From IMG/VR virus record IMGVR_UViG_3300010429_001883, positions 84,473 through 148,472 of that record: 64,000 bases of DNA; one strand, given 5' to 3'. The position numbers and the translations under genes were made by a program. Positions 9,707 through 18,499 of this stretch are shown here, one piece after another (position 1 is the first letter of the stretch; each line of letters begins with the position of its first letter). A model generated the notes under the pieces. It was given only the letters and a program-made list of their open reading frames with translations. It was not told the DNA's origin and did no database searches. The stretch is from a virus. Taxonomy: Duplodnaviria > Caudoviricetes.

Positions 9707-9997
9707 ATGTTTAAACAATTAATACATGACTTAATTTCTGATTATGCTGATTATGTTATTCTTGTTCTTTTAATGATTATGTTTTTCTTTGGGTATACTT
9801 TTGCACCCGGAGATAATACTTTCTATGAACGAATTCTAGACACGCTTATTGGTGCTTTTTTAGGAGTATTTAAATCCCTACATGGAAGAACAAATAATAA
9901 GGTTAATGGAGATTTAGCCAAAACTGCCGCAACAACCAAAGCGAAAACAAAGGCCAGAAATATTAAAGCTAAATCAAAACTATTGGAGAATTCCTAA
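9707..9997 (+). CDS. Small membrane protein, holin-like
   Basis: 96 aa; two hydrophobic helices (YVILVLLMIMFFFGY; TLIGAFLGVF) and a Lys-rich C-terminal tail. Confidence 0.45.
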   Translation: MFKQLIHDLISDYADYVILVLLMIMFFFGYTFAPGDNTFYERILDTLIGAFLGVFKSLHGRTNNKVNGDLAKTAATTKAKTKARNIKAKSKLLENS

Positions 9998-10932
9998 TGA
10001 TTGTTACACTTACAGCAACATTTGTTCCAGAAGGAAGTTACTATGGCATAGAGATGGATGAAGTAACTTTGGCTATTAATAACTTTTTAGGAACAACACT
10101 GGCATCTTTAAGTTTAACTGGTGGTACTATAACCGGGGGTTTGAATTATTCCGGCGTGCAATACACGGTTGATTATGATACTGGCGGCTCTCTTGGTCCC
10201 TATTTGACAACAGAGTGGACAGGTTATTATGATAATGATATTTATTCTGTTACTGGTAAAGTTCCACTTGTTCCAGATAATACAAAAGTTTGCATTGTAT
10301 TTAACGACCCAGTACTTGATACAGACGGAGTTGCTGCAATACCGAAAGATACTACTTATTGTTATGCAACGAGTTTTGATCCATTTTATATTTCTGTAGA
10401 TTACTTTAGATCGTCTACTTATGATCTATTTACTTCTGCTACTGATTTAGAATTAGCCATAGAAATATGGATGGCTTCTAAAGAAGCCGATGCAGAAACA
10501 TTTTGTGATCCAGATCCAGATGGAGTAGAGTATCCTTATTTTGAATATGCAAGACAACAGTATGTTTTGCTTAAACCCCTCGTACGTGGTATTCAATATA
10601 TTTTATCTAGTGGCGCCAATAGCGTGACTAAACGTTTGGCAGATTTAGAAATAAGCGTTGAACGTGGTTCTGGAATGAGCGTTAGAGATGCTTTTAAAGA
10701 CTGGGCCACAATGCTTAAAGATTTAAGAACAGTATTAAATAGTTGTGGTGAATTGTCTGCGGGGGCTAGTGTAGGTATTCAAGTTGGTAGGATTGCTAAT
10801 GATTATGATTGGTCTAAGTTTGGTCGATATTTCCAAACATACGTTCCTGCATTAGGTATGGACTTTTATCCAATACCTGTTAAACACAACCACCTATTTA
10901 CAGACCCATACAGCACTTACTGGATATATTAA
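9997..10932 (+). CDS. Head-tail connector or neck protein
   Basis: 311 aa; position between head and sheath; SVTKRLADLEISV resembles adaptor-protein motifs. Confidence 0.5.
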   Translation: MIVTLTATFVPEGSYYGIEMDEVTLAINNFLGTTLASLSLTGGTITGGLNYSGVQYTVDYDTGGSLGPYLTTEWTGYYDNDIYSVTGKVPLVPDNTKVCIVFNDPVLDTDGVAAIPKDTTYCYATSFDPFYISVDYFRSSTYDLFTSATDLELAIEIWMASKEADAETFCDPDPDGVEYPYFEYARQQYVLLKPLVRGIQYILSSGANSVTKRLADLEISVERGSGMSVRDAFKDWATMLKDLRTVLNSCGELSAGASVGIQVGRIANDYDWSKFGRYFQTYVPALGMDFYPIPVKHNHLFTDPYSTYWIY

Positions 10933-10934
10933 TT

Positions 10935-11501
10935 ATGGCAGCAACAATTATTGATTTAAGGGCTGAACTGATTAAAATACTTGATGGAGATGAATATAAT
11001 GTTGGTGTATCAATTCCAGTAATTTTGCGCGTTGTTGACAAACAAAACCGATGTCCATGTAATACTGCAGATACTGGGGATAGGCTTGATTCGGATTGTA
11101 CTTACTGTGACAATGAGGGATTTTTGTGGACAGAGTATGTTGCTAAAGCTTATATGGCTCAAACATCTAATACCTTATCTTCTTATGGAACAACTAAATT
11201 AGATGATATTTATAAACCAAACCTAGTAGATCAAAATGATACGGCTGTCGTCTTCCTAAGGTATTCAAATACACCGCCTAAGATCGGTGACAGCATGTAT
11301 CAAATTAGGCTAAATTCTGACGGATCTGTATACTATCGTATTGATTCAGAGGGTAATAGATATTTTGAAAGACTTGTAAGGTGGATTATTAAAGAATCAA
11401 CAAGGGTTTACGGTGATAACGGTGAGTTAATTTATTATCGCGCTGTGGTCAAAAAAGACCAAACTTGGTTTGAAAATTTTGCCGGAAATAAAAAATACTA
11501 A
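10935..11501 (+). CDS. Head closure or neck protein with Cys cluster
   Basis: 188 aa; RCPC...DCTYCDNEGF; position in the neck region. Confidence 0.5.
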   Translation: MAATIIDLRAELIKILDGDEYNVGVSIPVILRVVDKQNRCPCNTADTGDRLDSDCTYCDNEGFLWTEYVAKAYMAQTSNTLSSYGTTKLDDIYKPNLVDQNDTAVVFLRYSNTPPKIGDSMYQIRLNSDGSVYYRIDSEGNRYFERLVRWIIKESTRVYGDNGELIYYRAVVKKDQTWFENFAGNKKY

Positions 11502-12181
11502 TGACAGATATTGATATTGGCAGCATGCATATAGAAACAAGAGAGCCCCTAAAGGGTGATCGAGTTTCTTATTATTGTAGAGATCGTCAACGGACGATTG
11601 ATACTGCTAAGGATATCGATAGGTTCTTTGAAACAATTTATAAGGCCCTACAAGATTACTATGAAGTAAATAGGGTTATTGCACAAGACAGATTTATTTT
11701 TGTGCCCCGTTACCCATCACAAATGAGTGCTGACGAACTAAAGGATAAGCCCTTCAACTATATAACTTATAGATTAGTTCACCGTCAGCCTGGGCCGTTA
11801 TGTAAAACTGCTGGAGGACGCCGAAACGCCCCTTTCCAATTCGACAGCAGCCAAGACCCGAATTATGCTGGATATGTGCTTACAGATGATGTAACTTGGA
11901 GAGATAATCTTGTTCAGTTTGATATTCAAAGCACATCCAGTGCTCTCGCTGATGAGTTTGCTCTATGGTTTGAAAATAATTTTTTCAGATCATATAAAGG
12001 AACTTTTGAGCGAACCGGGTTTCAACAGATGTTCTTTAAGGAACGGCTAGAGGATCGAGTAGACCTTGTTTACGATAAGGCTGTCTATGTTCGACCTCTT
12101 CGATACAAGGTAAGTACTCAAATTGTGATAACAAAGAGTATGAAAACGCTCGATTCTATTGAGCACACCTACGAACTTTAA
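11501..12181 (+). CDS. Tail completion or terminator-like protein
   Basis: 226 aa directly before the sheath; DNLVQFDIQS..SALADEFALWFE pattern. Confidence 0.5.
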   Translation: MTDIDIGSMHIETREPLKGDRVSYYCRDRQRTIDTAKDIDRFFETIYKALQDYYEVNRVIAQDRFIFVPRYPSQMSADELKDKPFNYITYRLVHRQPGPLCKTAGGRRNAPFQFDSSQDPNYAGYVLTDDVTWRDNLVQFDIQSTSSALADEFALWFENNFFRSYKGTFERTGFQQMFFKERLEDRVDLVYDKAVYVRPLRYKVSTQIVITKSMKTLDSIEHTYEL

Positions 12182-12196
12182 AGTGGAGGAAATTAA

Positions 12197-14110
12197 ATGG
12201 CTGATTATACTAGATTGCCCGGTGTATATGTAAAAATTAATGATGGTGGTCTTCGTGTAACTCCTCCAGTCAGCACCGCTCCACGTGTACTGATTATTGG
12301 AACAGCCGGGAAGGGTCCTGCCTATATGCCAATTGAACCATTGAGCATGGTTAGGGCCAAAACAACTTTTGGAAGCTCTGGCAGCTTACTTCAGAAATAT
12401 GCTGAGGCTATTGCGGGCGGCGCGGAAAACGTAACACTTTTCCGTGTTGGTTCAGAGGCTTCTACAATAACCGGTGTCGGTTATGTAAGTGCTGAAAGTC
12501 CTGGTTTGACTGTTACATTTGAAGATCATTCTCCTACTATCGGAGATGATTACTATATTGGTTACAGGGCGGGTATACTTGAAGTTTATACTTCTAGAGG
12601 TACCACCGTGTATAGTAATGATCCTGATGATCCGATAGATCTTCGGGTAGTTAGTATTAGTGGCACCAACACAAATGCTGGATCAGATATTTTAACTTCT
12701 GGCACAACGGTAGATTTCGATCATGCCGTGTTAGTTGATGATTTATCTGTATCCGATGTTACCTTTACATTAGGTGACGATGGCGTTGATATTAGTAATA
12801 GACGTTTGTTTGAAGTATGTTATACTGCATTTGCCTTACTGGATGGCTATGATTCAGATATTGTTGTCATAGCTGGTGCTTATGCAGATAACCCAAACGT
12901 AGCTTACTATGAAACTTCTGTTACTGGATCTGTTACCTCTGTGGTAGAAAATTATCCAGTAGGAGATACTAGTGTGTTGGGTTGGTTTAGAGCCGATTCT
13001 AACATTAACTCTAGCGAACTTTATGACTATTATTGGTCTGAAGAAGTTTGGACAGACGCTGGAGCCATGGCTGTTAGTGCCCTAGATGCTACCTATCTAG
13101 CTAACTATGCCGCTGATCCCGATACTTATCCTATCACGTTTGCTTCTGCTGCGGATAGAATTGCTAAGGGTTTCAGAGAAGTTAGCTTTGCCTATTTGTT
13201 AGCAAATTATTGCTATCAGATGACTAAAAATAACAATGAAATGATTGGCGTAATTGCCATTCGTGGACCTCGTGATACAAGTGGCAGATCTTCTGCTAAG
13301 CTGTATGATGTTAATCGGTGGGTCGGTGTAATGCCGACTTACAATGATGCTGGCGTTGTCACCAATGACGGCAGCGGCTTGCTTGCCTTCCCACTAACAA
13401 TGGGTTGTTCTGCTTCTAGACTTAATAATCTAGTGCTTGGACAAACAGAAGGCCGCATTCCTGGCATCTTTGCTACCGATGATGAATACATCGATGGTAC
13501 TGTTCTGTATGACGATAACAACTTTAAAATTGATATCGGTGCATATATTAGTATCGTTGGTGAGCATCCAATGATTGTAATTGGTAATTATCCGTATGTT
13601 GGACCTATTGATGGTCTTTATGCTGGTATGATCTCTCTGTTGGACCCGAAAGATGCTCCAACATTTAAGCCTCTTGGCAGTGTCAAGAAGCGCTGGAGAT
13701 TAAGCAAAGCCAAGCACGATGAGCTTATCCAAGCTAAGATTGTGTTGATGGACGATGTTCCGATTAAGGGGTATGCGATTGTTGATGCCATGACGGCTGC
13801 TACAGACGATTCTGATTTCCGTAGACTAACAACAGTTCGTATTCTTCACTTAGTTAGCCAGCGTATGCGGGCAGTGACAATTCCTTTTATTGGTACTGCT
13901 GCGCTGATTACTCCGAAGAAAATTGCTTTGGCTACAGCGATTGAAGGTGAATATGCCAAACTAGCCAAACGTGGATATCTATCGGATTATCAGTTTGAAA
14001 TTGAAATTAGCAAGTATGACCAGGTTAATGGTAACGTTAAAATTTACCACACCTTCATACCCGCTTTGGAAACTCGTAGAATTACCCATACCTACCAGTT
14101 TACGATCTAA
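12197..14110 (+). CDS. Contractile tail sheath protein
   Basis: 637 aa; N-terminal LPGVYVKINDG...VLIIGTAGKGP; C-terminal DAMTAA...SDFRRLTTVRI...FIPALETRRI. Confidence 0.9.
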   Translation: MADYTRLPGVYVKINDGGLRVTPPVSTAPRVLIIGTAGKGPAYMPIEPLSMVRAKTTFGSSGSLLQKYAEAIAGGAENVTLFRVGSEASTITGVGYVSAESPGLTVTFEDHSPTIGDDYYIGYRAGILEVYTSRGTTVYSNDPDDPIDLRVVSISGTNTNAGSDILTSGTTVDFDHAVLVDDLSVSDVTFTLGDDGVDISNRRLFEVCYTAFALLDGYDSDIVVIAGAYADNPNVAYYETSVTGSVTSVVENYPVGDTSVLGWFRADSNINSSELYDYYWSEEVWTDAGAMAVSALDATYLANYAADPDTYPITFASAADRIAKGFREVSFAYLLANYCYQMTKNNNEMIGVIAIRGPRDTSGRSSAKLYDVNRWVGVMPTYNDAGVVTNDGSGLLAFPLTMGCSASRLNNLVLGQTEGRIPGIFATDDEYIDGTVLYDDNNFKIDIGAYISIVGEHPMIVIGNYPYVGPIDGLYAGMISLLDPKDAPTFKPLGSVKKRWRLSKAKHDELIQAKIVLMDDVPIKGYAIVDAMTAATDDSDFRRLTTVRILHLVSQRMRAVTIPFIGTAALITPKKIALATAIEGEYAKLAKRGYLSDYQFEIEISKYDQVNGNVKIYHTFIPALETRRITHTYQFTI

Positions 14111-14114
14111 AAGT

Positions 14115-14148
14115 AATTGGGAGCTCCTTTTTGGGGAGCTCCCAATTT
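14115..14148 (+). terminator. 13-bp hairpin between sheath and tube genes (terminator or RNA-stabilising stem)
   Basis: AATTGGGAGCTCC-TTTTTGG-GGAGCTCCCAATT; only a short T-tract. Confidence 0.6.
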
Positions 14149-14150
14149 AC

Positions 14151-14157
14151 ATACTAT
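14151..14157 (+). promoter_or_regulatory. Candidate late-promoter element ATACTAT
   Basis: Directly after the hairpin, 45 nt before the tube ATG. Confidence 0.45.
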
Positions 14158-14202
14158 GGGTACTGAAGGGGTTAACACCCTAATTTCTTAGGAGGTTTGA
14201 AT

Positions 14203-14979
14203 ATGGCAAGAATAGGACGAGGAGTTACCGGTGGTGGTCAGAAATACTCCGAGTTCCAGAGAGGGTATAACTCCTTTTCTGGTGCAGATATTAAGGCCAT
14301 GTTCGCTGGCGTAGCTTTTAGCGAACTTCAAGCCCTTTCTTATTCTATCGAGCGTGAAAAAGCTGGTATATGGACTTTGGGGCAAGTAAACCCCCGCTCA
14401 TTCTCGCGTGGTAAAAGGGCTATTGCTGGTACATGTGTTGCTTTAAATTTTGATCGCCATCCGTTACTAGATCTATTTGACTACACTGGTGGTTACTTCA
14501 TGTCCGATGTGGATGATATTCGTCCGGATTGGAAGAACCCAGATGATTTAGATAGTTTTAATCTTTATTCGTCTGCTGTTGTTAATGAGGAAGGTTACGT
14601 TGATGGTGCTACCTGGGGACAGGTAGCAAGTCAGTATACATCGAACCCAGGTGACATGCCGGGGCCAGAAACTGTAGCTGCATTCCAAGAGAGTGCAGTG
14701 ACTTCTCCTTATGATGATCAAAGACCTGCCAAAGTGTGGCACGTAGATCAGATCATGCCATTTAACATTGCTGTTGCTGCTGCCAACGAATATGGCCACG
14801 CAGCCAGCATGAAAATCTATGGTGTTGAATTACTAAATGAAACATCTGGATTTTCTGTGGATGACATGGTAGTTGAAACAAGCTGGACATTCGTAGCCAG
14901 AGAAATAGGTCCGTGGCAACCTAGCCTAGATTCTGCTGCCCAAGCGGCCAGGCTGTTTGCCATGAACAACGTAACATAA
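14203..14979 (+). CDS. Tail tube protein
   Basis: Follows the sheath; SFSGADI, LQALSYSIEREK, NPRSFSRGKRAIAGT, ANEYG, IYGVELLNE, TFVARE. Start at ATG 14203 behind AGGAGG; ORF track starts at 14197. Confidence 0.8.
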   Translation: MARIGRGVTGGGQKYSEFQRGYNSFSGADIKAMFAGVAFSELQALSYSIEREKAGIWTLGQVNPRSFSRGKRAIAGTCVALNFDRHPLLDLFDYTGGYFMSDVDDIRPDWKNPDDLDSFNLYSSAVVNEEGYVDGATWGQVASQYTSNPGDMPGPETVAAFQESAVTSPYDDQRPAKVWHVDQIMPFNIAVAAANEYGHAASMKIYGVELLNETSGFSVDDMVVETSWTFVAREIGPWQPSLDSAAQAARLFAMNNVT

Positions 14980-14990
14980 TTAGTTTTTGC

Positions 14991-15019
14991 TTGACTTTTC
15001 TTTTGGGGTGAGCTACTAT
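14991..15019 (+). promoter_or_regulatory. Sigma70-type promoter
   Basis: TTGACT (14991-14996), 17-nt spacer, TACTAT (15014-15019). Confidence 0.6.
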
Positions 15020-15043
15020 GTTAGTAGCCACCCCTTTTCTTTT
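15005..15043 (+). terminator. Intrinsic terminator after the tail tube gene
   Basis: GGGGTG-A-GCTACTA-TGT-TAGTAGC-CACCCC followed by TTTTCTTTT. Confidence 0.75.
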
Positions 15044-15052
15044 GGAGGAGTT

Positions 15053-15349
15053 ATGGAGAATCTTGTTTTGTATTGTTTAATTGGATCTGGTGCAACCCAT
15101 GTATTAACACAAGGATTTGTTTTTGAGTGGTTAAGAAAATATTTTTATGAAAAATACCCAAACAGTTTAGGTTATTTATTTTATTGTCCAATGTGTACAG
15201 GATTTTGGGTAGGAGCTATAATGGCTTTTATACCTCTTCAGCTTTTAGATATAGACCCCATATCTAGTGGGTTTATGATTTCCATAACATCTGCACTTAC
15301 GTCTGGTTTATCTGATATGATGAGTAGAATAAGTTCCAAGGAGGATTGA
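15053..15349 (+). CDS. Small membrane protein, DUF1360-like
   Basis: 98 aa from ATG 15053 (GGAGG at 15044); VFEWLR...LGYLFYCPMCTGFWVG matches the CPxC.g.W pattern of DUF1360. Confidence 0.6.
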   Translation: MENLVLYCLIGSGATHVLTQGFVFEWLRKYFYEKYPNSLGYLFYCPMCTGFWVGAIMAFIPLQLLDIDPISSGFMISITSALTSGLSDMMSRISSKED

Positions 15350-15990
15350 TGTTTATTGTCTTTGAGGGAACAGATGGCACAGGTAAAACATCTTATATAA
15401 GAAAACTAAGTGAGTGGTTAAACACCCGAGGGCTAGATGTTATAAGCACTAGATTACCTGGAGGTACGATATTAGGTCAAAAAATTAGGGAACTGCTATT
15501 TGGGGAAGAAGTTAATACAAAGATATTACATAGAGCGTCTAGCTCATTACTTTATGCCGCTGATTTTTTAGAAACACAGTTGAAGATTATAAAGCCGGCG
15601 CTGGAGGCCGGCAGAATTGTTTTATGTGACAGGTGGTGCATATCTGAAACTGCCTATAATGATGGATATGATAATTATCCTGACTGGCATAAAAGAGTAA
15701 TTGATACATATTTAGGCCTAGAAATTGTTCCTCCAGATTATATTGTGTTTCTAACCGCTACTCCTGAAGTCATATCTAAAAGGCTGTCTAATAGGGCCAA
15801 CATTGATAAAAAGCAAGAAGGGAAGCTTTGGGGCAACTTGGAAAAGCTTGTAAATATTCAACATAAGTATGAAACTATACTTTCTAATGATCCCAGAGTA
15901 CTTCAATTTGACACTTCAAACGACCATACTATAGAATTATGGAAAGACGTGGCCAAAGCCACGTTTCCAGAGTTATACAGTATGGAGTAA
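15346..15990 (+). CDS. tmk: Thymidylate (dTMP) kinase
   Basis: FIVFEGTDGTGKTS P-loop, TRLPGGT..GQKIRELL, IIKPALEAGRIVLCDRW, PDYIVFL. Confidence 0.92.
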   Translation: MMFIVFEGTDGTGKTSYIRKLSEWLNTRGLDVISTRLPGGTILGQKIRELLFGEEVNTKILHRASSSLLYAADFLETQLKIIKPALEAGRIVLCDRWCISETAYNDGYDNYPDWHKRVIDTYLGLEIVPPDYIVFLTATPEVISKRLSNRANIDKKQEGKLWGNLEKLVNIQHKYETILSNDPRVLQFDTSNDHTIELWKDVAKATFPELYSME

Positions 15991-15993
15991 ACT

Positions 15994-17199
15994 ATGCCAT
16001 TTAATTTTAATTGGTTTTCTAATTATAGGCTTCCAACTTCGGTTGCCCAGGCTATTGCTTCCTCATATATACCTGGGATTGATGAAGCTGAAAGCGAATT
16101 TAATCGTTCAGCTTTTCTACTAGAGCATTTTGAACAAGAAAGACTTCGGAGAAAGAAACATAGGACTATAACACAGGTTGATACAAATACGAACTGGTTA
16201 TCCCACGCATTTTCTGGGCAAGATGTAAGAATATATGTTTTTATTACTCCAACAGACGATGAAAATCCAGAACAACCAGAAAGCGTTGATAGAGGTACAA
16301 CGACCCAGGCTGGAACCAATAGTTCTAGTGGTGGGGCACCGGACTTGTCTGATAAAGTTGATACCGAGAAGGCAAAGGCACTAAGAGACCCAATATATAG
16401 TGAAGCTGCTAATAATATTTGGGCTGGCATGGATGAGGAGGCTTTGGCTCAATTTGTAAATAGTAATGAGAGAACTTATGTAGAAGAAGAACCTCCTAGT
16501 GAATTAGTAGATACTTTAGCTGATGAGGAGAAAACAAAAAGAGAGATTTGGGATGCACTTTTTCCTGATGAAAAAATGTCTGTTTTAGTAAGTGAACTGT
16601 CAAGTTCTTTTTTATGTTTAGCATCTGCTAATAATATGACGTTCTCATCCTTTAGAGCTAAACCACAGGCAAGGCCAATAGGGCATGTTAATCCTAAAGG
16701 GTATGCTCGTGGCACGCGCACAATTGCTGGAACACTGGTTACTGTTACTTTTGATAGAGATGTTTTGTATAAATTGATATCTTCTATGGATCAAGACAGG
16801 GTTAATCAAACATATGACTATCATAACATCGATCAATTACCACAAATATCTTTTATTATAACGGGGAATAATGAATACGGAATGGGGTTTTTTAGGATAT
16901 TGCACGGCGTGGAATTTCTGTCTGAAGATGCGTCTTATGGGAGTAATGATTTAGTTCTATATCAAACGCTACAATTTGTTGCTTTAGATGCCACACCAAT
17001 AATCCCATTAGAGGGGTATGATTTATCTGATGATCCAGAATCAATGTCTGTTATAAGAAAATTTGTTGGTAAAATGGATTCAGGGTATTTTAACCGAATA
17101 ACTGGTAATAAAGAAGCCGCAAAAGCAGTTAAATATGAGGATGTGTTTACCGCCAAGTACGCTTCTGCATTTGATGTTCTTTATAGGAGAGATATATGA
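15994..17199 (+). CDS. Tail tube paralogue (tube initiator-like) with acidic insertion
   Basis: Shares AFSGQDV, NPKGYARGTRTIAGT..TFDR, DQLP, NNEYG, LHGVEFL, QFVALD with the tube at 14203. Confidence 0.75.
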   Translation: MPFNFNWFSNYRLPTSVAQAIASSYIPGIDEAESEFNRSAFLLEHFEQERLRRKKHRTITQVDTNTNWLSHAFSGQDVRIYVFITPTDDENPEQPESVDRGTTTQAGTNSSSGGAPDLSDKVDTEKAKALRDPIYSEAANNIWAGMDEEALAQFVNSNERTYVEEEPPSELVDTLADEEKTKREIWDALFPDEKMSVLVSELSSSFLCLASANNMTFSSFRAKPQARPIGHVNPKGYARGTRTIAGTLVTVTFDRDVLYKLISSMDQDRVNQTYDYHNIDQLPQISFIITGNNEYGMGFFRILHGVEFLSEDASYGSNDLVLYQTLQFVALDATPIIPLEGYDLSDDPESMSVIRKFVGKMDSGYFNRITGNKEAAKAVKYEDVFTAKYASAFDVLYRRDI

Positions 17200-17927
17200 G
17201 TAAATATTTTACTGCGGCGCAAAGCACAATTTACATTAACTCTATATTAGCTGATGAAATATTTGCCGTAAGTTATAATGAAACTTCTAATACAGTGCCT
17301 GTTTATGGTTATGCATCACGTAAATTTGATGCCGTAGTGCGTGGAAAGAGTATAGTAGAAGGAACTATCTTTGTTTATCATAATAAAGCTAAATATTTTT
17401 GGGTGTTGCTGTCGGAGGCTATTCTAGAGTTTGTTAATGGTAATAAAGAATTAGAAACTAAAAAGTCTGGTTTTGAAACAACTCTTAGGGAGTTGGCATC
17501 TGGAGTTAAAACCGGCAGCATTAGTGAATCTGATGCCGCTAAAAAATTGAGTGCGTTAATTGATAGTTCTCCGGCTGATTTAGATATTTTATTGCCAACG
17601 GCTCAAAGTATATTTAATAATGAATTTGCATCAATACGTCCTAAAAATAATCCAAGAAAGGCTTATGGCGAAGATATAATGGATGTTTTAACTCAGCATG
17701 CTGGCGGCACAACGTCAGCCAGATATCTATCAGAGGTTGACATAGCTGGACCATTTAGACTTAGCATAAATACAGGACTAATTGGCAGTAAGAATGATCA
17801 GCGACCACTTTTAGTGGACGGAGTGAATGATTGTTTTATTACCGGTAAGGGTACAGATATAGCAAATGATGATAAGATTTTATATAAGGCATATACCTTT
17901 TTTGGTAGAGAAGAACTAAAAGCATGA
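17196..17927 (+). CDS. Second, more distant tail tube paralogue
   Basis: YFTAAQSTIYI...VSYNETSNTVPVYGYAS..FDAVVRGKSIVEGTI...YTFFGRE parallels the tube motifs. Confidence 0.6.
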   Translation: MSKYFTAAQSTIYINSILADEIFAVSYNETSNTVPVYGYASRKFDAVVRGKSIVEGTIFVYHNKAKYFWVLLSEAILEFVNGNKELETKKSGFETTLRELASGVKTGSISESDAAKKLSALIDSSPADLDILLPTAQSIFNNEFASIRPKNNPRKAYGEDIMDVLTQHAGGTTSARYLSEVDIAGPFRLSINTGLIGSKNDQRPLLVDGVNDCFITGKGTDIANDDKILYKAYTFFGREELKA

Positions 17928-18499
17928 TAAAAAAGAAGTTATATAGAATGGTTGTTGAAAATAAACTTGATATTGACTTTACACAACCAACATTAAAAAC
18001 ACTAGATCGAGCTAAGACCGATATAGAATGGTTACCTTTTCCTATGCGGCACTATCTGTCAGCGCTAGATGTTTTTAGAACCAGTGTGGTAGGTGGCGAA
18101 GAAAAAATTAGACAAATGGCGGCAGGCACTATCCTTAGCATTGGAATGATAATATTATCATTTTCTGGGTTATTCGCTGATAAAGATAAAATGGACTCTG
18201 ACTTTAAAAGGGCTAAAGAAAACTGTGGAAATTACTTTAATCATATACGTAATTTAGCTGCTATTCATTTTGGTTACAAATTTGAAGAGTCTGCCGAATG
18301 GGACTACGATAAATTAATAGAGATTGCTGCAAGGCTAAGTCTTGTCACTTCTCAAGATTTATCTATTAGCAAATTAACTGAAACTAAGAAACCCAGTGCG
18401 ACAATAAACGCTAACGAGGTTACAATAACAAAGGGAGCAGCAATCCCAGAACAAGTAGTTGATTTTCATAATACTAAAACATTTACTAAAGAAAATTAA
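17924..18499 (+). CDS. Putative tail assembly chaperone
   Basis: 191-aa helical protein between the tube genes and the giant tape-measure-position gene; call is positional only. Confidence 0.4.
   Translation: MIKKKLYRMVVENKLDIDFTQPTLKTLDRAKTDIEWLPFPMRHYLSALDVFRTSVVGGEEKIRQMAAGTILSIGMIILSFSGLFADKDKMDSDFKRAKENCGNYFNHIRNLAAIHFGYKFEESAEWDYDKLIEIAARLSLVTSQDLSISKLTETKKPSATINANEVTITKGAAIPEQVVDFHNTKTFTKEN

Noticed and set aside
14987-15052. N-terminal extension of the DUF1360-like ORF from TTG 14987
   Set aside because: It runs through the promoter and terminator; GGAGG supports ATG 15053.
17924-18499. Programmed frameshift in the tail chaperone gene
   Set aside because: Only one ORF precedes the giant gene and I found no convincing slippery site with a second frame.
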